From: Rhynchopus sp. YZ270_cl-10
Taxonomy: Eukaryota
Direction: 5' to 3'
Assembly (NCBI GenBank): GCA_964035575.1
Contig: OZ037837.1
Coordinates: 1,178,001-1,242,000, forward strand
Length of the DNA stretch: 64,000 nucleotides
This document shows positions 1-12,957 of this stretch, piece after piece. The notes beneath the pieces are model-generated. The model was not told where the DNA came from. It did not search any database and saw only the letters and a program-made list of their open reading frames with translations. Numbering within the stretch: the first letter of the stretch is position 1; each line of letters opens with the position of its first letter. Made by a program: the position numbers and the translations under genes.

Positions 1-515
1 TAGACTTGACACCACTCAGCAGTATTGCACACATAGGTGATTGGTTTCTCTCCGAATGCAAGAGCCTCATAGCACTAAACATGTCACCACTTCGCAATGT
101 TACGATAGTTGGTGATTGGTTTCTCGGGGACTGCAGGAGCCTCACAGAGCTAGTCTTGACACCACTCAGCAATGTTACACAAATAGGCGAAAGCTTTCTT
201 GCTAAATGCACAGGCCTCACAGAGCTAGACTTGACACCACTCAGCAATGTTACACAAATAGACGAAGGCTTTCTTGCCAACTGCACAGGACTCACAGTGC
301 TTGACTTATCCCCACTCGGCGCAGTCATGCACATGGGTGTGCTACATGCTGACGAGTACACTTCGTTGAAGAGCATCCACCTCTCCGGCTGCAGCAGCGC
401 TGTGTCGAGTCGAGTACAGGAAAGCAACCTGAAGGAGCTTGTTGATGCACGTCCGAAACGTAGCAGAGACGAATCTCCCGAGCAGTGCCGCAAGCGACGG
501 AGAGGCTCAGAATGA
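1..515 (+). CDS. C-terminal part of a 25-aa LRR (BspA/TpLRR-like) protein, probably of the Ubl-LRR family; starts before the window
   Basis: Repeated LxxLDLTPLSNVTQIGxxFLxxC units; ends RPKRSRDESPEQCRKRRRGSE* (bipartite NLS-like); TGA at 513-515. Confidence 0.85.
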   Translation, partial: DLTPLSSIAHIGDWFLSECKSLIALNMSPLRNVTIVGDWFLGDCRSLTELVLTPLSNVTQIGESFLAKCTGLTELDLTPLSNVTQIDEGFLANCTGLTVLDLSPLGAVMHMGVLHADEYTSLKSIHLSGCSSAVSSRVQESNLKELVDARPKRSRDESPEQCRKRRRGSE

Positions 516-1808
516 TAGAAGGCCGGTGCGTTTGCAACCGGCAAGAGCACAGTCAGCCGCATCTGCATCGATGCGTCAGAGGCAACCCGCAGTACCATGG
601 TCCGAAGCTTCTGTGAACTGTTGTTACGTTTTTGCTCTCGTTTGTCGGTCTTCCCACGAGAAGGGGTAATAGGGGAACAGGGGAATAGGGGAATAGGGTC
701 GGGGTGGGTACGACATTGGGGGATTCACGCATACTTTGTTTCGATTTCTTTTCCTGAAGAAGGGTTTTATTTGGGGAGGGGAGGTGGGGTGTTTGGGTAA
801 GTACAGTGTGAAGAACAGCGAAGACAGATTATTATCTAAAATAAGAAAACAGCCCCTTTTAGACTACTCTGCCGTGGTGTCGGATAAGGGGGGCTATAGA
901 GCCCCCCTAGACACGGCGCGAACTTATCTGCCAATACGTTCGGTCATGTAGTTGATGAGGTGTCGGGTACGAGAGTCCTGACCAGGTACCGCGTCCCAGA
1001 CCCACGTTTCCTAAACAAGCACCACTGGCGTGAGATTCACTATGCGAGGTGAGGGCACCGATCAAAGGGGGCGGAACTCTTGCAAAAGAGAAGGGCGTCC
1101 TGGTGGGCTCGCCCCACGACGCACTAGTCATGGCCATACATGTGGTACCAGTCAATTGACAGGTGTTTTGCCGGTGGCTATTGCCTCCCAGGGAAAGGGA
1201 CTCTCGAAAATTTTTTTTGCCCCCCTTTTAGGGCTAGTTTCGACCATTTGAGGGAACACGCAGCAAAATTTGGCACTTTTTGAGCATCTGTGGGGGTCTA
1301 AAACGCGGTTTTGTACCCGATTTTTCGTGGGTTTTACCGAAGTCAATTTTTGACCCCCCCCGGGGCGCCTGCCACCCACCCGAGTCACGAAATGCGAATG
1401 GGGCAGGACCCAGAGTGTTAGTGGGGCACATCCCACGTGTTCAATCTTGCAGTCTGTCACTCTCACGATTACGGTATTTTCCTGGAGTCAGGCCAGCTTA
1501 TTGCACATGGGAGAGCTGCCACATCCAGGGTGAGATGTGCTGCCTGTTAATGACTTCTCGAGTCCGCATTGCACTTCGCGGTAGCCCCAAGGGAAGACAC
1601 CCTTCTTCAGAAGCCAGGTAGCGAATGCTGCCCCACCCACCCCCTCTACACTGTCCGCGTAGATCCCCCCACTACTAGGATCCTGTGAAGAAAAACCGTG
1701 GCTGCTATCTAGTGATAGTAGTCTATAACTAAACATTTTTTTTTGTTTTCGCCGTGCTTCACACTCTTGTTGACCCCTTCATCGAATCTCATCAGGAACT
1801 TCAAAATT

Positions 1809-2840
1809 ATGTCGAAGGAGCAACACGCAGACAGCACACTAAGCGAGAAGGCACCAACGAGAAGACAGCCTTCTGCAGACGACTGGACAGACCCTGCAGT
1901 GTGTCAGGTGCTCATTGATGCAGGGGCAGACATCGAGGCAAAGGACGACATGGGACGTACGCCTCTGCACCGCGCCTGCAAGAGTGGGGACCTTGCAGTT
2001 GTGAAGATGTTGGTCAAAGCAGGTGCGAGAGTGCGTGCCAGGGACGACATGGAGCTCGCATGTATTATGCTTGCTTCTTCAACCAGTGGGAACACTGAGA
2101 CCGTGCGCTATCTTGCGGGCTTGCCACAGGTGGATTTGAGTCACAGACAGGGACTCGATGACTTCACTGCGTTGCACCTCGCTGCAGCAAAGGATGCAGA
2201 CGTGGTGCAGGTGCTCCTTGATGCAGGGGCAGACACCGAGGCAAAGAGCGCCCACAGGCAGACACCTCTGCACAAGGCGAGCTTCTTCGGTGAACTTGGC
2301 ATTGTGAAGCTGTTGGTCAGAGCAGGTGCAGACGTGCGCGCAAAAGACAGAAAGGGTCACACCTGTCTTAGTCGTGCGTCGCTCGCGGGACACACTGAAG
2401 TTGTACGTACTCTTCTGTGCATGCCAGAGGTGGAAGTGCATCACCGAGATAGGTCCGGCAACACTGCATTGCACCACGCAGTGTTAAATAAGCATGCAGA
2501 TGTGGTGCAGGTGCTCATTGATGCAGGGGCAGACACCGAGACAAAGAGCGCCTTCTCGCACACACCTCTGCACAAAGCGAGCGACAGCGGGGCACTTGAC
2601 ATTGTGAAGATGTTGGTCAGAGCAGGTGCAGACGTGCGTGCCACAGACAGCAGCGGATACACATGTCTTATCAGTGCATCGTGCCGGGGCCACACTGATA
2701 TCGTACGCTATCTTGTGGACCTGCCGGAGGTGGATGTGAATCACCGAGGCAACTCCGGCCACACTGCGATCGAATACGCAAGGCAGAAAGGGGACCTAGC
2801 TGCGGTGCACATTCTCCTCGAGCACGGTGCGGAAACGTGA
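1809..2840 (+). CDS. Ankyrin-repeat protein (~343 aa)
   Basis: Multiple GxTPLHxA...GxxxxVxxLLxxGAD motifs; built from three ~300 nt tandem units; first ATG at 1809. Confidence 0.9.
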   Translation: MSKEQHADSTLSEKAPTRRQPSADDWTDPAVCQVLIDAGADIEAKDDMGRTPLHRACKSGDLAVVKMLVKAGARVRARDDMELACIMLASSTSGNTETVRYLAGLPQVDLSHRQGLDDFTALHLAAAKDADVVQVLLDAGADTEAKSAHRQTPLHKASFFGELGIVKLLVRAGADVRAKDRKGHTCLSRASLAGHTEVVRTLLCMPEVEVHHRDRSGNTALHHAVLNKHADVVQVLIDAGADTETKSAFSHTPLHKASDSGALDIVKMLVRAGADVRATDSSGYTCLISASCRGHTDIVRYLVDLPEVDVNHRGNSGHTAIEYARQKGDLAAVHILLEHGAET

Positions 2841-3588
2841 CAACGTCGACCCAGCACCGGGTACTTTTTTTTTGTGTATTGTGTCAGGCTGCAACCAGCA
2901 CCTACTTCGGCAGCTATTATGCAGAGCACGTCTGAACGACAGCGAGCAACAACCTTTTTTCCCCCTTCCCGTTTTTCGCCTTCTGAGCAACAAGCAAAGA
3001 GAAACAAGTCTCTCGAGCATTTTTGTAGTTCGTTTCCTCTTCCCTGTGTCCACCTTAGGTAGGGAGATCTTATCTAGCCTCTCAAGGTGTCAAAGGGCTC
3101 AGCTTTGCCATACTGAGGACATGTATGAGGAGCTGAAATTATGTGTGTGTGTATGTGTGTGCTTCTTCTACGGCGTTAAAGTGGTTGCTCATGAGACTGT
3201 CGATGTTCGGCGCAAAATAAGAATTCCTCCCTCATATGTTATCCTAAAGAGACCCCACACCATTTAGCAGTACTGTAAGGCACTGAAAGTGCGTTATGTG
3301 GCGTTGGAGAGTACTTTAAACAAAAGGAGGGCGTCGGGCTGCTATATCTTTTTACCTCCTGCTACGTTCCCCACTCTGGCCCCTCCGTGAACGTATCTTT
3401 TGCACAAATTGAAAACAGATTCCCACCCCCATTTTGATTTTTTTTTTGTCGCATTTCTTTTGAACCTTTAAACGTACAATCATAACCACCCCACCACCAC
3501 CACCACCACCACCACCCTAGGCAAACTACAACACATCATTCACTAACGGGCTTCCCCCCGCCCGCCCCCCTTTTTTCTGCGTGCTCCA

Positions 3589-6500
3589 ATGGAGCCCACA
3601 GAGGACGTGCCTCAAGAGGTCGCACAGGTGGCTGAAGAGGCATCTGCACAGGCAGCTGAGGTGACAGAGACACCACCTGCAACAGCGCCAGCGCCGGAAG
3701 CGGAAGCAACACCAGCGGAAGCAGCCACAGAGCAGGAAGCGCCTGCAGCAACACCAGCACCGGAAGCCGCAGCTGACAACGAGACTGCGGCGACCGAGGA
3801 GCCTGCGACCACCCCACCCCCTACGGACGCTATGGAGGTAGAGGATGCCCCTGCCCCTTCCTCCCCTGCTGCCCCTGCCGCCCCTGCCCCTCCACAGGGC
3901 CCCACCGTGGAGACGCTGCAGGCAGAGGTGCGCGAGCTGTCCTCTCGGATGGAGGAGCTGGTGGAGGAGAAGGAAGGCCTCACGACAACGAACATCCGTC
4001 TCTCTGCACGGCTGTGTGAGGTGGCGGGGGAGCGTGATCGAGGGAGCAGCCCTGCACGGAACGCTGAGCAGGCGGCACTGCAGACTAGCATCAGCACGCT
4101 GCAGGCAGAGCTTCTTGCCGCACGCAGTGAACGCGCTGCTGCGACTGCCACCGCACAACTACTCCGCGACACAGAGATCCCTGCACTGCGCACCCGCCTG
4201 ACGCAAGCTGAGATCATCGCGAAGGCGAAGACCGACGACCTCACCGCACAACAACAACGCCAAGAGGAGCAACACGCAGAACACGAAGCCAGCATCCAAA
4301 CCCTCAAAAACGAGGCACGCGCAGCAAAGGTTGCCGAGGTCGAAGCGCAGGCAGAGCGCGACGCATGCCGCTCCCGCGCCGAGGCACTCCAGGTCCAGGC
4401 CGACAGCGCCGAGCGCACCCTCCACGCCGCACAGGACGCACACAGACAGGACCGCCGCGCCTTCCTCCAGAGCGAAGACACACACCGCCTCGAACTCCGC
4501 TCCGCACGCCTGCAGCTGAAGAGCCTTACCGGCGACAACTACATCCTCAAATGCCAAAGCAACACTGCACGCGAAGAAGTCGCTCAGGTCACCAACCGCC
4601 TCCGCGAGGTGCAAACCGCACACGGCAGAGAGGAGGCCATCCGCGCCTCTGAGCAGACCTCCATCGAGCGCGACCGTGAGTTCATGCGTGGGGAGATCGA
4701 GCGGTTGAAGACCTTTGTCCTGCGGCTGGAAGAGGGCAAGACAGACGTCGATATCCTGAAGAAAATCATGGGCAGCGACAACGTTGCGGTCAACGACGAC
4801 GCGCTCCGCCGCCTCAGCGCAGCACAACGCCTTCTCGCGGAAGAAATGGGTCTCAGCATGAGCGGGGCGTACTGCAGCTGGCTCGACCTCCGCGAACGCC
4901 TTGTCATTGCAGAAGAGGAGCGGGACAGACTTATTGAAGGGCAAAACCGTGTCATCAAGGCCTGCGAGGCTATGGCTCCTGCTATTTATCATCAAAAGCG
5001 TGAGCTTGTTGAGCGTGAAAAGCAGCTGTATCGGTACCAAGGCCTGCATGCTGCCGGGCTTAAGGAGCTGGAGCATATCAAACAGGAGCTTGAGAAGAGC
5101 AGGAAGCAGGCGCAGGAGGCAGCTAGCTCGAAAGCAGCGTTGCAGACGCAGTTGAATGAGACTCAGAAGAACCTGAAGGCGTGGGCTGGAGTGGAGCAGA
5201 TCCAGCACGAAGACAAGAGGGATGTCAACGTTGCCAAGGTTGTGGAACGCAACGAACACCTTGAGGCCAGCCTCGCGCAACTCCGTGTCAAAGCCGAGGC
5301 AGCAAGCAGCAGTGGCGAACACGAGCGTGCTGTCGAAGCTGCTGTGCTTCACCGCATGAAGAGCATTCGCGCCGAACACGACAGATTGGTCGCCGACCAC
5401 ACCGCCATCTCCGAAGCCCTGACGCACGCCCACACCCAACGTGACAATGTGTTAAACCTTCTCTACACACACGCTACCCACAAAGCGGACACAGTCTTGA
5501 CACACGAGGTGCGTACGCTCGCTGCCACATACGACACATCGTTGAAAGCAACCGAGACAACAGTGTCAACAGAGGTGCAGCTGGCCAACGAGACCATGCA
5601 GCAGAAGACACGGCAGGTGGAGTCTCTCCGTACAGAGCTTGCACAGCGGGACGAAAAGTTGTTGCGTCTGTCTGGCGATCTGGATGACGCCGGCAACAAG
5701 GTGTCTGAGGTGGAAGCGTCCCTCAAGAGGCAGCGTGTTGCCAATGAGGCCCTCCAGGCGCAGCTGCTCGAGCGGTTTGCAAGCACCAAGCACAGCGACG
5801 CTGCAGGGAACAAACACCACAAAGACTTCATTGCGCTGCACGAAGAGAAGACGGCCCTGGCAGAAAAGCACCGTGCACTAACAAGCGAGTTGCAGGAGGT
5901 GAAGCATGCGGTATGTCGTGGGAAGGCTTTTTATTGGCATCGAAGAGGTTTCCTCTTGGCCAGGGAACGCACTCAGTGGGAGCGTATTGCGTAATAAAAA
6001 GTATCAACACAAAATATTACACACTTCGCGCACAAACAAAATATATCACGAATATTTTTTGTCGGAAAATAGCTCAACGAACAGTGCCCTTTACCTTGTA
6101 AAAAAACCACTTTCTTAAGGTGGGCACTCATACGAGGTGTATGTTTTCTGGAAAGTTTAATACCTACCAACCCATCACAGCGCGATATGTTCGGGTCTGA
6201 AGTCACCATCCTGACTGAGTCCAAGCAAAAGGCCGAAGAAACGTGCCGGCAGTTTGCCGAGTACAGCCAGAAGTATGTAACTCATTTCCCTACCACCCCA
6301 CCCCCCGGACATCCACTCAATGTGGATGCCAGAGAGTTCCAGGACGATAACTTCAGCACTCTTTTCTCCGTTTTTTTAAAGCCCATCAAAGCCCACGGCC
6401 TCTACGATGATGCCTGGTTGATGCACCTTCTCGTTTCCCAATCTCGCTCTTCTGTCACCTTGGCACCAACCAAAGCGCGAAAAAACCCCGTCCTTGCATT

Positions 6501-9500
6501 GCAGTGGGAGGACCACCCTGCAGGTCTGCATACCCAGCTCGGAGGGTTTAAGCTCAGGATTGAGTGTGTGCACATCTTGCGCAGCTCCTCGGGCTGGTGC
6601 GTTTCTGCAAGCTCCCATGTGTCGGGGGATGTGTAGGTGCCTGTGCAGGTCTTCTGCGAAACCAGTCCCGTACTCGAACCCAGCGCTCTTGTGCTGATGT
6701 TTTGTTTTCCACGTCTTTCTTTTCTTTCTTGTTGACCTTGTGGTGGAATAAATTCTTGGCCGTCGCCGTTTGGAACTGCTTGCAGTGTTGAACACTGCAA
6801 GCGTTCGCAATGACCAGGTCACTTGCATCGTACGTCCCGTCATCGGGTCCAAACACTCCAGTGCTCCGCAAAAAAAATGCCACCTCCAGATCGATGGGGA
6901 CATCACGCAAGCGGCATAAACCCAGCCGTGGTCGGCGTACTGCTTCTCCCTTTTTTCGGTTACCGCTACAACATCACCGCCGTCGTCATCCAGGTGTCCA
7001 TATCCTTTTTGACCAGATCTCACCCCTAGCGACGTTTATCTCAACCACACACTCTTCTAACCCCCTCTCTCCCCCCCTCACAGAATGGAAAAGCTCGTGA
7101 TCGACCTGCAAAGCCTCCAATCCGATGTGAAGACAGGCCAAGACGACCGTCTGCAACAAGCCCTTCTTCACGTGGACGAGCAGGCTGCCCGCATCGCCTC
7201 TTTGGAGGCTGACCGTCGCGACCGCGCTGCCGAGAGCAGTGCACAGGAGGAACGCATGCGGCTGCGCTACCGCTTGGCGAAGCAGGAGCAGTTCCGTCTC
7301 GAGGATGAAGTGCGTCGTGTGAGCGATGAGTTTGGCCAGAGCAGCTACGACCTCAGCATGGTGCAGGACAAGCTGGTACACAGCCAGGAGCGTTGCGACT
7401 TCCTGGAGCACCAACTCAAGAAGCTTCTCCAAGGTGCCGAGCCGACACCCGATGCCGATGTTGCCGGCACAGCCTCGGCCACTGCGGCACTCCAAAGCCA
7501 GGTTGCCTCGCTCACAGCAGCACGGAACAACCTGAAAACACAGCTCGACGCAGCACGCGCCTCGGCAGAAGGCAGCACCGCAGAAGGGAATGCACTCATG
7601 GCACGTAACGAAGAGCTCGCAGCAGTCATCAAGGACCGTGATGAAGCAATAGAGAACAGCAAGGCCCGTGAAGAGGAGAGGGTGAAGACACTCAAGAGTC
7701 AGCTGCATGAGGTATGTTGTGTGGTTTTGTGTTGTGGGGGTGATAAAACGAAAAAAGTTGTATTTTTTTGTCAGATGTAAACCACGAAAATGGATGTAGG
7801 ACTGCATGGTTTGGGTGTCCATAGTACCAAGGTACACTGTCATGAGAGGGATTTGTGTTTTCAAGTCAACCTTTGTCTTCTTATTAGTTTGTCACATCAT
7901 GAAGTCAAATGCTGTTCATAATCTGTTGGAAGAGTGTAGCTGCAACAGCAGTCTTCTCACGTAAAGGACTCTGATTTTGGGCCATTTTTTAAAACAGTTC
8001 TTGAGAGTTGAAGCTAGGCAAGAAACCTTTCTCACATCTCCACTCCCATACAGGCACAATCTGTGAACAAAACGACAGCCGAAGCCATGAAGTCGATCAT
8101 ATCTGAGAAGGAAGGATACGCCACGTCGGTATGCTTCACTTCACGATTTTTTTTGGAAGAATTTTTTCAAAAATAAAAATTGCTTCTAAAAAACTTCCTA
8201 TGCTTTACCCCCCCTCACTCTTTTTTGGTCAAAATACTCAGAAAATTTCCACTTTTTTCCTCCCTTCCCCCCTTTTTTGCCATTTTGAACCATTTCAGAC
8301 ACCCTTTTTATAATCAATACACATAAATTCTTCCTTACCACTTTTTCAAACACCCCACAGTACGGCAAGATCGAACTTGAGAAGATGGCTTTGGTCGCAG
8401 TCAAGGAGCAGGACGACGAGAACATCAGAAAGCTTCAGGGCCTGCTCCAGGAGGCACGCGACACACACGCGAAGCTCAACACACAGCTTGGGGGCATCGC
8501 CGCTGAGAACAAAAAGCTTCGTGTCGAGCTGGCTGAGGTCAAACTGCAGCTCGGCAACGAAACCGCCAAGAACAAAACCATTGTCAACCTCGAAGGCGAA
8601 AAGCTTGCTGGAGTCCAAAAACTTGCCGCACGCTTGGAACAGGAGAACAAATCCTACAAGACATCCATTGCCGAGAAGGACACACACATTGCAAAGCTCC
8701 TGAAGAACGACGCGGCACAGAGAGTCACACCGAGACCTGAACAAGCGAAGATCGCAGGCCTCGAGAAGGTGGTCAGCAGCAGAGACGCAACCATTGCAAA
8801 GCTCACTGCTGAGGCGCAGGGCTGGCAGCGCAAAGCGGAGCTTGCCGATGCGGCAGGATCCAAGCCCGTAGAGGAAGACCCAAGCATGAAGCAAATCGTG
8901 GCCCGTCTCCAAAGCAAAGTCACCATGCGTGAGGCCCGCAGTACAAAGCTCTCCCAAGAGCTCTCGGACAAGACAGAGGAGCTGCAGGTGCAGAGAAAGG
9001 AGCTTGAGAGCATGCGCATCCAGCTGGCTGACATGCGCAAGGAGAAGGGAATAGCCGAGTCGGACCGTGACAGTGCTGACCAGCGTGTGGATAAGGTGTC
9101 CCGTGAGATTGACCTGATCGATACGGCAAAGGTATGTGATGTGGGTGGGTTGTGTTTGTGAAAAATGTGGGGGGGAGTGGGGGTGAGCGTAATCTACACG
9201 GGGTTTGGCTGTGTCTGATGTTGCAGTTTTGGTAGTGTGGTTTGGGGCTGTGGGTAGAGAGCCTCCCCTCCTTGTGTGCAGAATTTTTGGTGAATATTGC
9301 TGAGGGCTTGCTAAAGGTGCTTGTGGTGCACTCATGTTCATTTGGATGATTTTTTTTTTGTGTGTGAATCATTTTGGTCCGTGTCACTGAGTGTAGGGAT
9401 GCGATCAAGAATTAAACTCTTCCCCCCAAACCCCCTTTCATCTCTAGTTTTCTTTATCCAAACGTCGAGTGGACGGCGTAATAATTTTGAGTCTTGCCCT

Positions 9501-11865
9501 CTTGTATGGACCCTGTGGAACATCGTTGTCCCTGTGATAGTAGGCTAAAATCAGACAAGATTTTTTTTTGTTCTTTTTTCATTTGTAATACGTCATTAAC
9601 AATTTACAGAACTCTGCTCGCGAGGCGACACGCCTTGAACGTGAGGTCAAGCAGCTGAAGGAGACCATCCGCAGTCGCGAGGCAGACCTTGAGACAGCAC
9701 GTGGTGCATCGGAGGCACTGCAGGGGAGGTGTGGTGTGCTCGAGGCAGAGGTTGCCACGCTTGTGGGCGAGCGCAACCGCGACAAAGACCTGCTTGAAGA
9801 GGCGCGTGCAGCAGCGATGCAGGCGGACGCTCGCACGGCACAGGCGACAGCAGCGCTCAAGGATGTGAAGGACCTGCATGCAGAAGCTGTGCAACGTTTG
9901 CAGGACACCGAGGCACGCATGCAGTGCGAGGCGAACAGTGCTGCACAGTTGCAGGCACAGCTCCAAGCACAGCTGCAGGAGGTGCGGGGTGAGCTTCAAC
10001 AGCTGCAGGAACAACAACAACAACAACAGCAGCAGCAGCAGCAACAACAACAACAACAACAACAACAGCAGCTCGCAGCAGCAGCAGCAGCAGCAGCCGC
10101 AGCTGAAGCAGCTGAAGCTGAAGCAGCAGAAGCAGCAGCAGCTGCAGAAGCAGAAGCAGCAGCTGCAGAAGCAGCAGAAGCAGCAGCTGCAGAAGCAGCA
10201 GAAGCAGCAGAAGCAGCAGCAGCAGCAGCTGCAGAAGCTGAAGCAGCAGCAGCCGAGGAACCTGCAGAAGAAGCTGAGGAAGCAGCCGAGGCAGACGCCC
10301 CCCACCACGACACCGCCAGCACCTCCTCCCGCAAGCGCGCACGCTCCTCAGACGCGCCTTCCGAAGGTGCCGAGCCCGACGTCGACGCACCGCCGAGCAA
10401 ACGCCCCTGCATCGAACGCAGCAGCGGTGTCGCCATCGACGTCTCGCCTGTCCCGGACGACCAGCCTGACCAGGAGGGCCTCCCACCTGCCGAGGACGAA
10501 GAGCAGGAGGAGTGGGTCGAGGGTGAAGGCGAAGGCGAGGGGGACGTTGAGCTCATGGAGGACGGAGAGGTGGAAGGAGACGGAGAAGAAGCGGGGGAAG
10601 GGGCACCTGCAGAGGAGATGCAGGAAGGTGAAGAAGAAGGAGCGGCAGAAGAGCAAGAGGCTGAGGCTGAGGCCGAGGGTGTTGCAGACGAAGAAGCCGT
10701 GCTCGCAGACATGACCATGGGCGAAGAGCAGCAGGGTGAAGAACAAGAGGAGGAAGAGGAGGGGGCCGACGTTGAGGGGCAAGTGGAGGGCGAAGGAGCA
10801 TCAGGTGTAGAGATGGAGGCTGAGGAGGCTGAGGAGGAAGTCGAGGCTGTGGAGGCTGTGGAGGAAGTGCCAGCAGGGGAGGGGGACGGGACAATGGAAG
10901 CCGACCTTGAGACTCCGGTATGACAAGCACTGTCTTGCACAGAATTTTGACTGATTTGCGTTGAAAAGAGAAAAAAAATATAACCACTCATTTGCTAACG
11001 AATGTTACTAATGCCTCTTTAGGTTTGAAGATAGTGTTTATTGGTGTGGCTGAAAGGGGGTGTCATTGTTGTGCTACTTTCTGCTATTTTTTTTTTTTTT
11101 TGCTATTCTGGGCTGGATTTTTTGGTGCGGCTGAAGGGAGGTGCTACTTTCTGCTATTTTGGGGGTCGTCGGCCAAACCATTTATGTTTATCACATACTT
11201 TTTTTTTACGCCAATAGATTTTCCAGGACTAATTTCAGGACGTAGTCATCCTCGCTGCATTGATCGATGTATTTGACAAAATATCAGTCCATCGAATATT
11301 TCATAATGCACATCCCCCTTTTTATCATTTTCACCCCCCCCCCCTTCAGGTCGACCCCTCGCTTATTGCACAAGACTCAACACTGTTCCCTTACTCCCAA
11401 ACCTCTGACATGCCGGAGGATCAGGAACAGGAAGGTGCCTTCGACGGAACACTTGACGCGATGGACGGAGATGCGTCTGAATCCCCTGCAGGCGTAGAAC
11501 CCGAAGCTGAAGAACCCGAGCTGGGGCAACCTAGTCAGAACGACCAAACAGAAGACCCCCCGTCCGACCAGGTGCAGGGGGAAACCACACCTACACCCTC
11601 CCCTGTCCCTGTCTCCATGTTTGTGCCTGAGGCGGGAAGTGCGTTTGGTGCTGCACTCAAAGGTGGCGCGTCACCCTTCGGTGCGCCTGCGGTTAACCCA
11701 TTCGCGCAGCCAGCGCAAACAGGACCAAAAAGCAACCTCGCAATGGGTTGGGGTGCGCCAGTGAAGAAGGATTCGTCGCCTGCCCCTGCCACCTCCCCCT
11801 TCGCCCCTGGGGCGACTACACCGCCCCCGCAGAATCTTTTCTCGCAACCGCCACCGAAGAAGTGA
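3589..11865 (+). CDS. TPR/Mlp1-like nuclear-basket coiled-coil protein, 7 exons (3589-5910, 6181-6272, 7084-7711, 8054-8128, 8361-9131, 9610-10917, 11350-11865), ~1903 aa
   Basis: All six introns start GTATG and end CAG, and the exons join in frame (5712 nt). Long coiled coil with segments resembling TPR/Mlp1 (GLSMSGAYCSW...EAMAPAIYHQKRE; NVAKVVERNEHL; QRDNVLNLL), then an acidic, disordered C-terminus with SPFG/NPF motifs. The exon structure is seen directly; the orthology is recalled similarity. Confidence 0.75.
10011..10255 (+). repeat. Coding (CAA/CAG)n and (GCA/GAA)n microsatellite encoding polyQ followed by an Ala/Glu tract
   Basis: Directly visible trinucleotide repeats inside exon 6. 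Confidence 0.95.
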
Positions 11866-12702
11866 AGGAAAAAAAGTTTTGAATTTTTTTTAAAAAAGGA
11901 CGAAAAAGATCGTAACACCTCTGAATTTTTTTGGAGGAAAAAAAGGTGGGGGGGATGGGAGTTGGATATTTCAGGGAAAAAAGGAAAAAAAAGAGAGAGA
12001 AAAGGGGGAGAGGGGGATGAAATGTTAGGATATGAGAGGTCAAGCGAGGTTCTTAAAGTCATTTATTACATTTGTTTTCTTATTGGAAAAAAAAAAATTG
12101 TTGGAGTAGTGTAGCTGCCATTTTGACGGTCTTTCACTGTCTTCACTCCATGTGTCACACTCAGCATTTTCTTTTGTTGTTGGTGGTAAAGAGGAGGGGT
12201 TTTGTGCATTTATCCAGGGCTGGCTTGTATTGTTTGTGGTCAGTCAGAGGTGCCTGTATCAACAATTACCGCGTATAACGTGGGTAGCGTACCAACTAAA
12301 AAGATAAACGGGGGTTTTTTAAATACCTATTGTTATTTCCCCCCCCGCGTCTTCATTTTTTTTAATTTTTATCGAAGGGAAAAAAGGAGCGAAGAGCAGC
12401 GGTTTCTTTAACCGCCGAGAGAGCGAGGGGTTTGAGGGTAGTTTGTTTTTCGGGGGAATTTTTTTAGGTACATTGTCACGAGGGCTTTGTATTTCAAGTT
12501 AGCGATGTAAGGTGTTCATGTACAGGTATGATGGGATTTCATCTCTTCATTCGTTTCCTGAGATGCGTTTTTCGGCACGTTTTTCAGCTACTCTTTGTTT
12601 TTCCCTCCCCCACTTTTCTGCATGTCTTCTTCTTTTTCTTTTTCATTTCCTCTCTTGTTTATTGCAGTGTCTAAAGGGGGGGGCGGAGGGTGGGGGTGGG
12701 TG

Positions 12703-12740
12703 CACGACGTTGAAGTAAATAACTTTACTTCAACGTCGTG
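12703..12740. repeat. Perfect 17-bp inverted repeat with 4-nt loop
   Basis: CACGACGTTGAAGTAAA-TAAC-TTTACTTCAACGTCGTG. Confidence 0.9.
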
Positions 12741-12957
12741 TGTGGGGGTACCGTGCGTCTGGGTCTGCGTCGAAGCATGCATCCCACCCTTCCCATCAGG
12801 TGTTTTCAGATGAAAATTTTTTTGACCAAAAAAAAAACAAAAAACACCCCTAAAAAACCGGTCCCTAAAAAAACCTCTGGCAGGGAGGGGGAAAAAAACT
12901 GCGTCATTTTTTAAAAAAAAAATTGAAAGGGAGGGGCTGAATTTATCCACAAAAAAA

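Noticed and set aside
660..790. G-run cluster as a functional G-quadruplex or telomeric repeat
   Set aside because: Irregular units, not TTAGGG arrays; G-runs are common throughout the window.
1745..1800. Minus-strand CTGATGAG...CGAAA resembling a hammerhead core
   Set aside because: No convincing stem II or stems I/III around the core.
3526..10991. Long minus-strand and alternate-frame ORFs over the coiled-coil gene (e.g. 4159-5439, 9996-10991)
   Set aside because: Shadow frames of a GC-rich, repetitive coding sequence; the + strand exons splice into one coherent protein.
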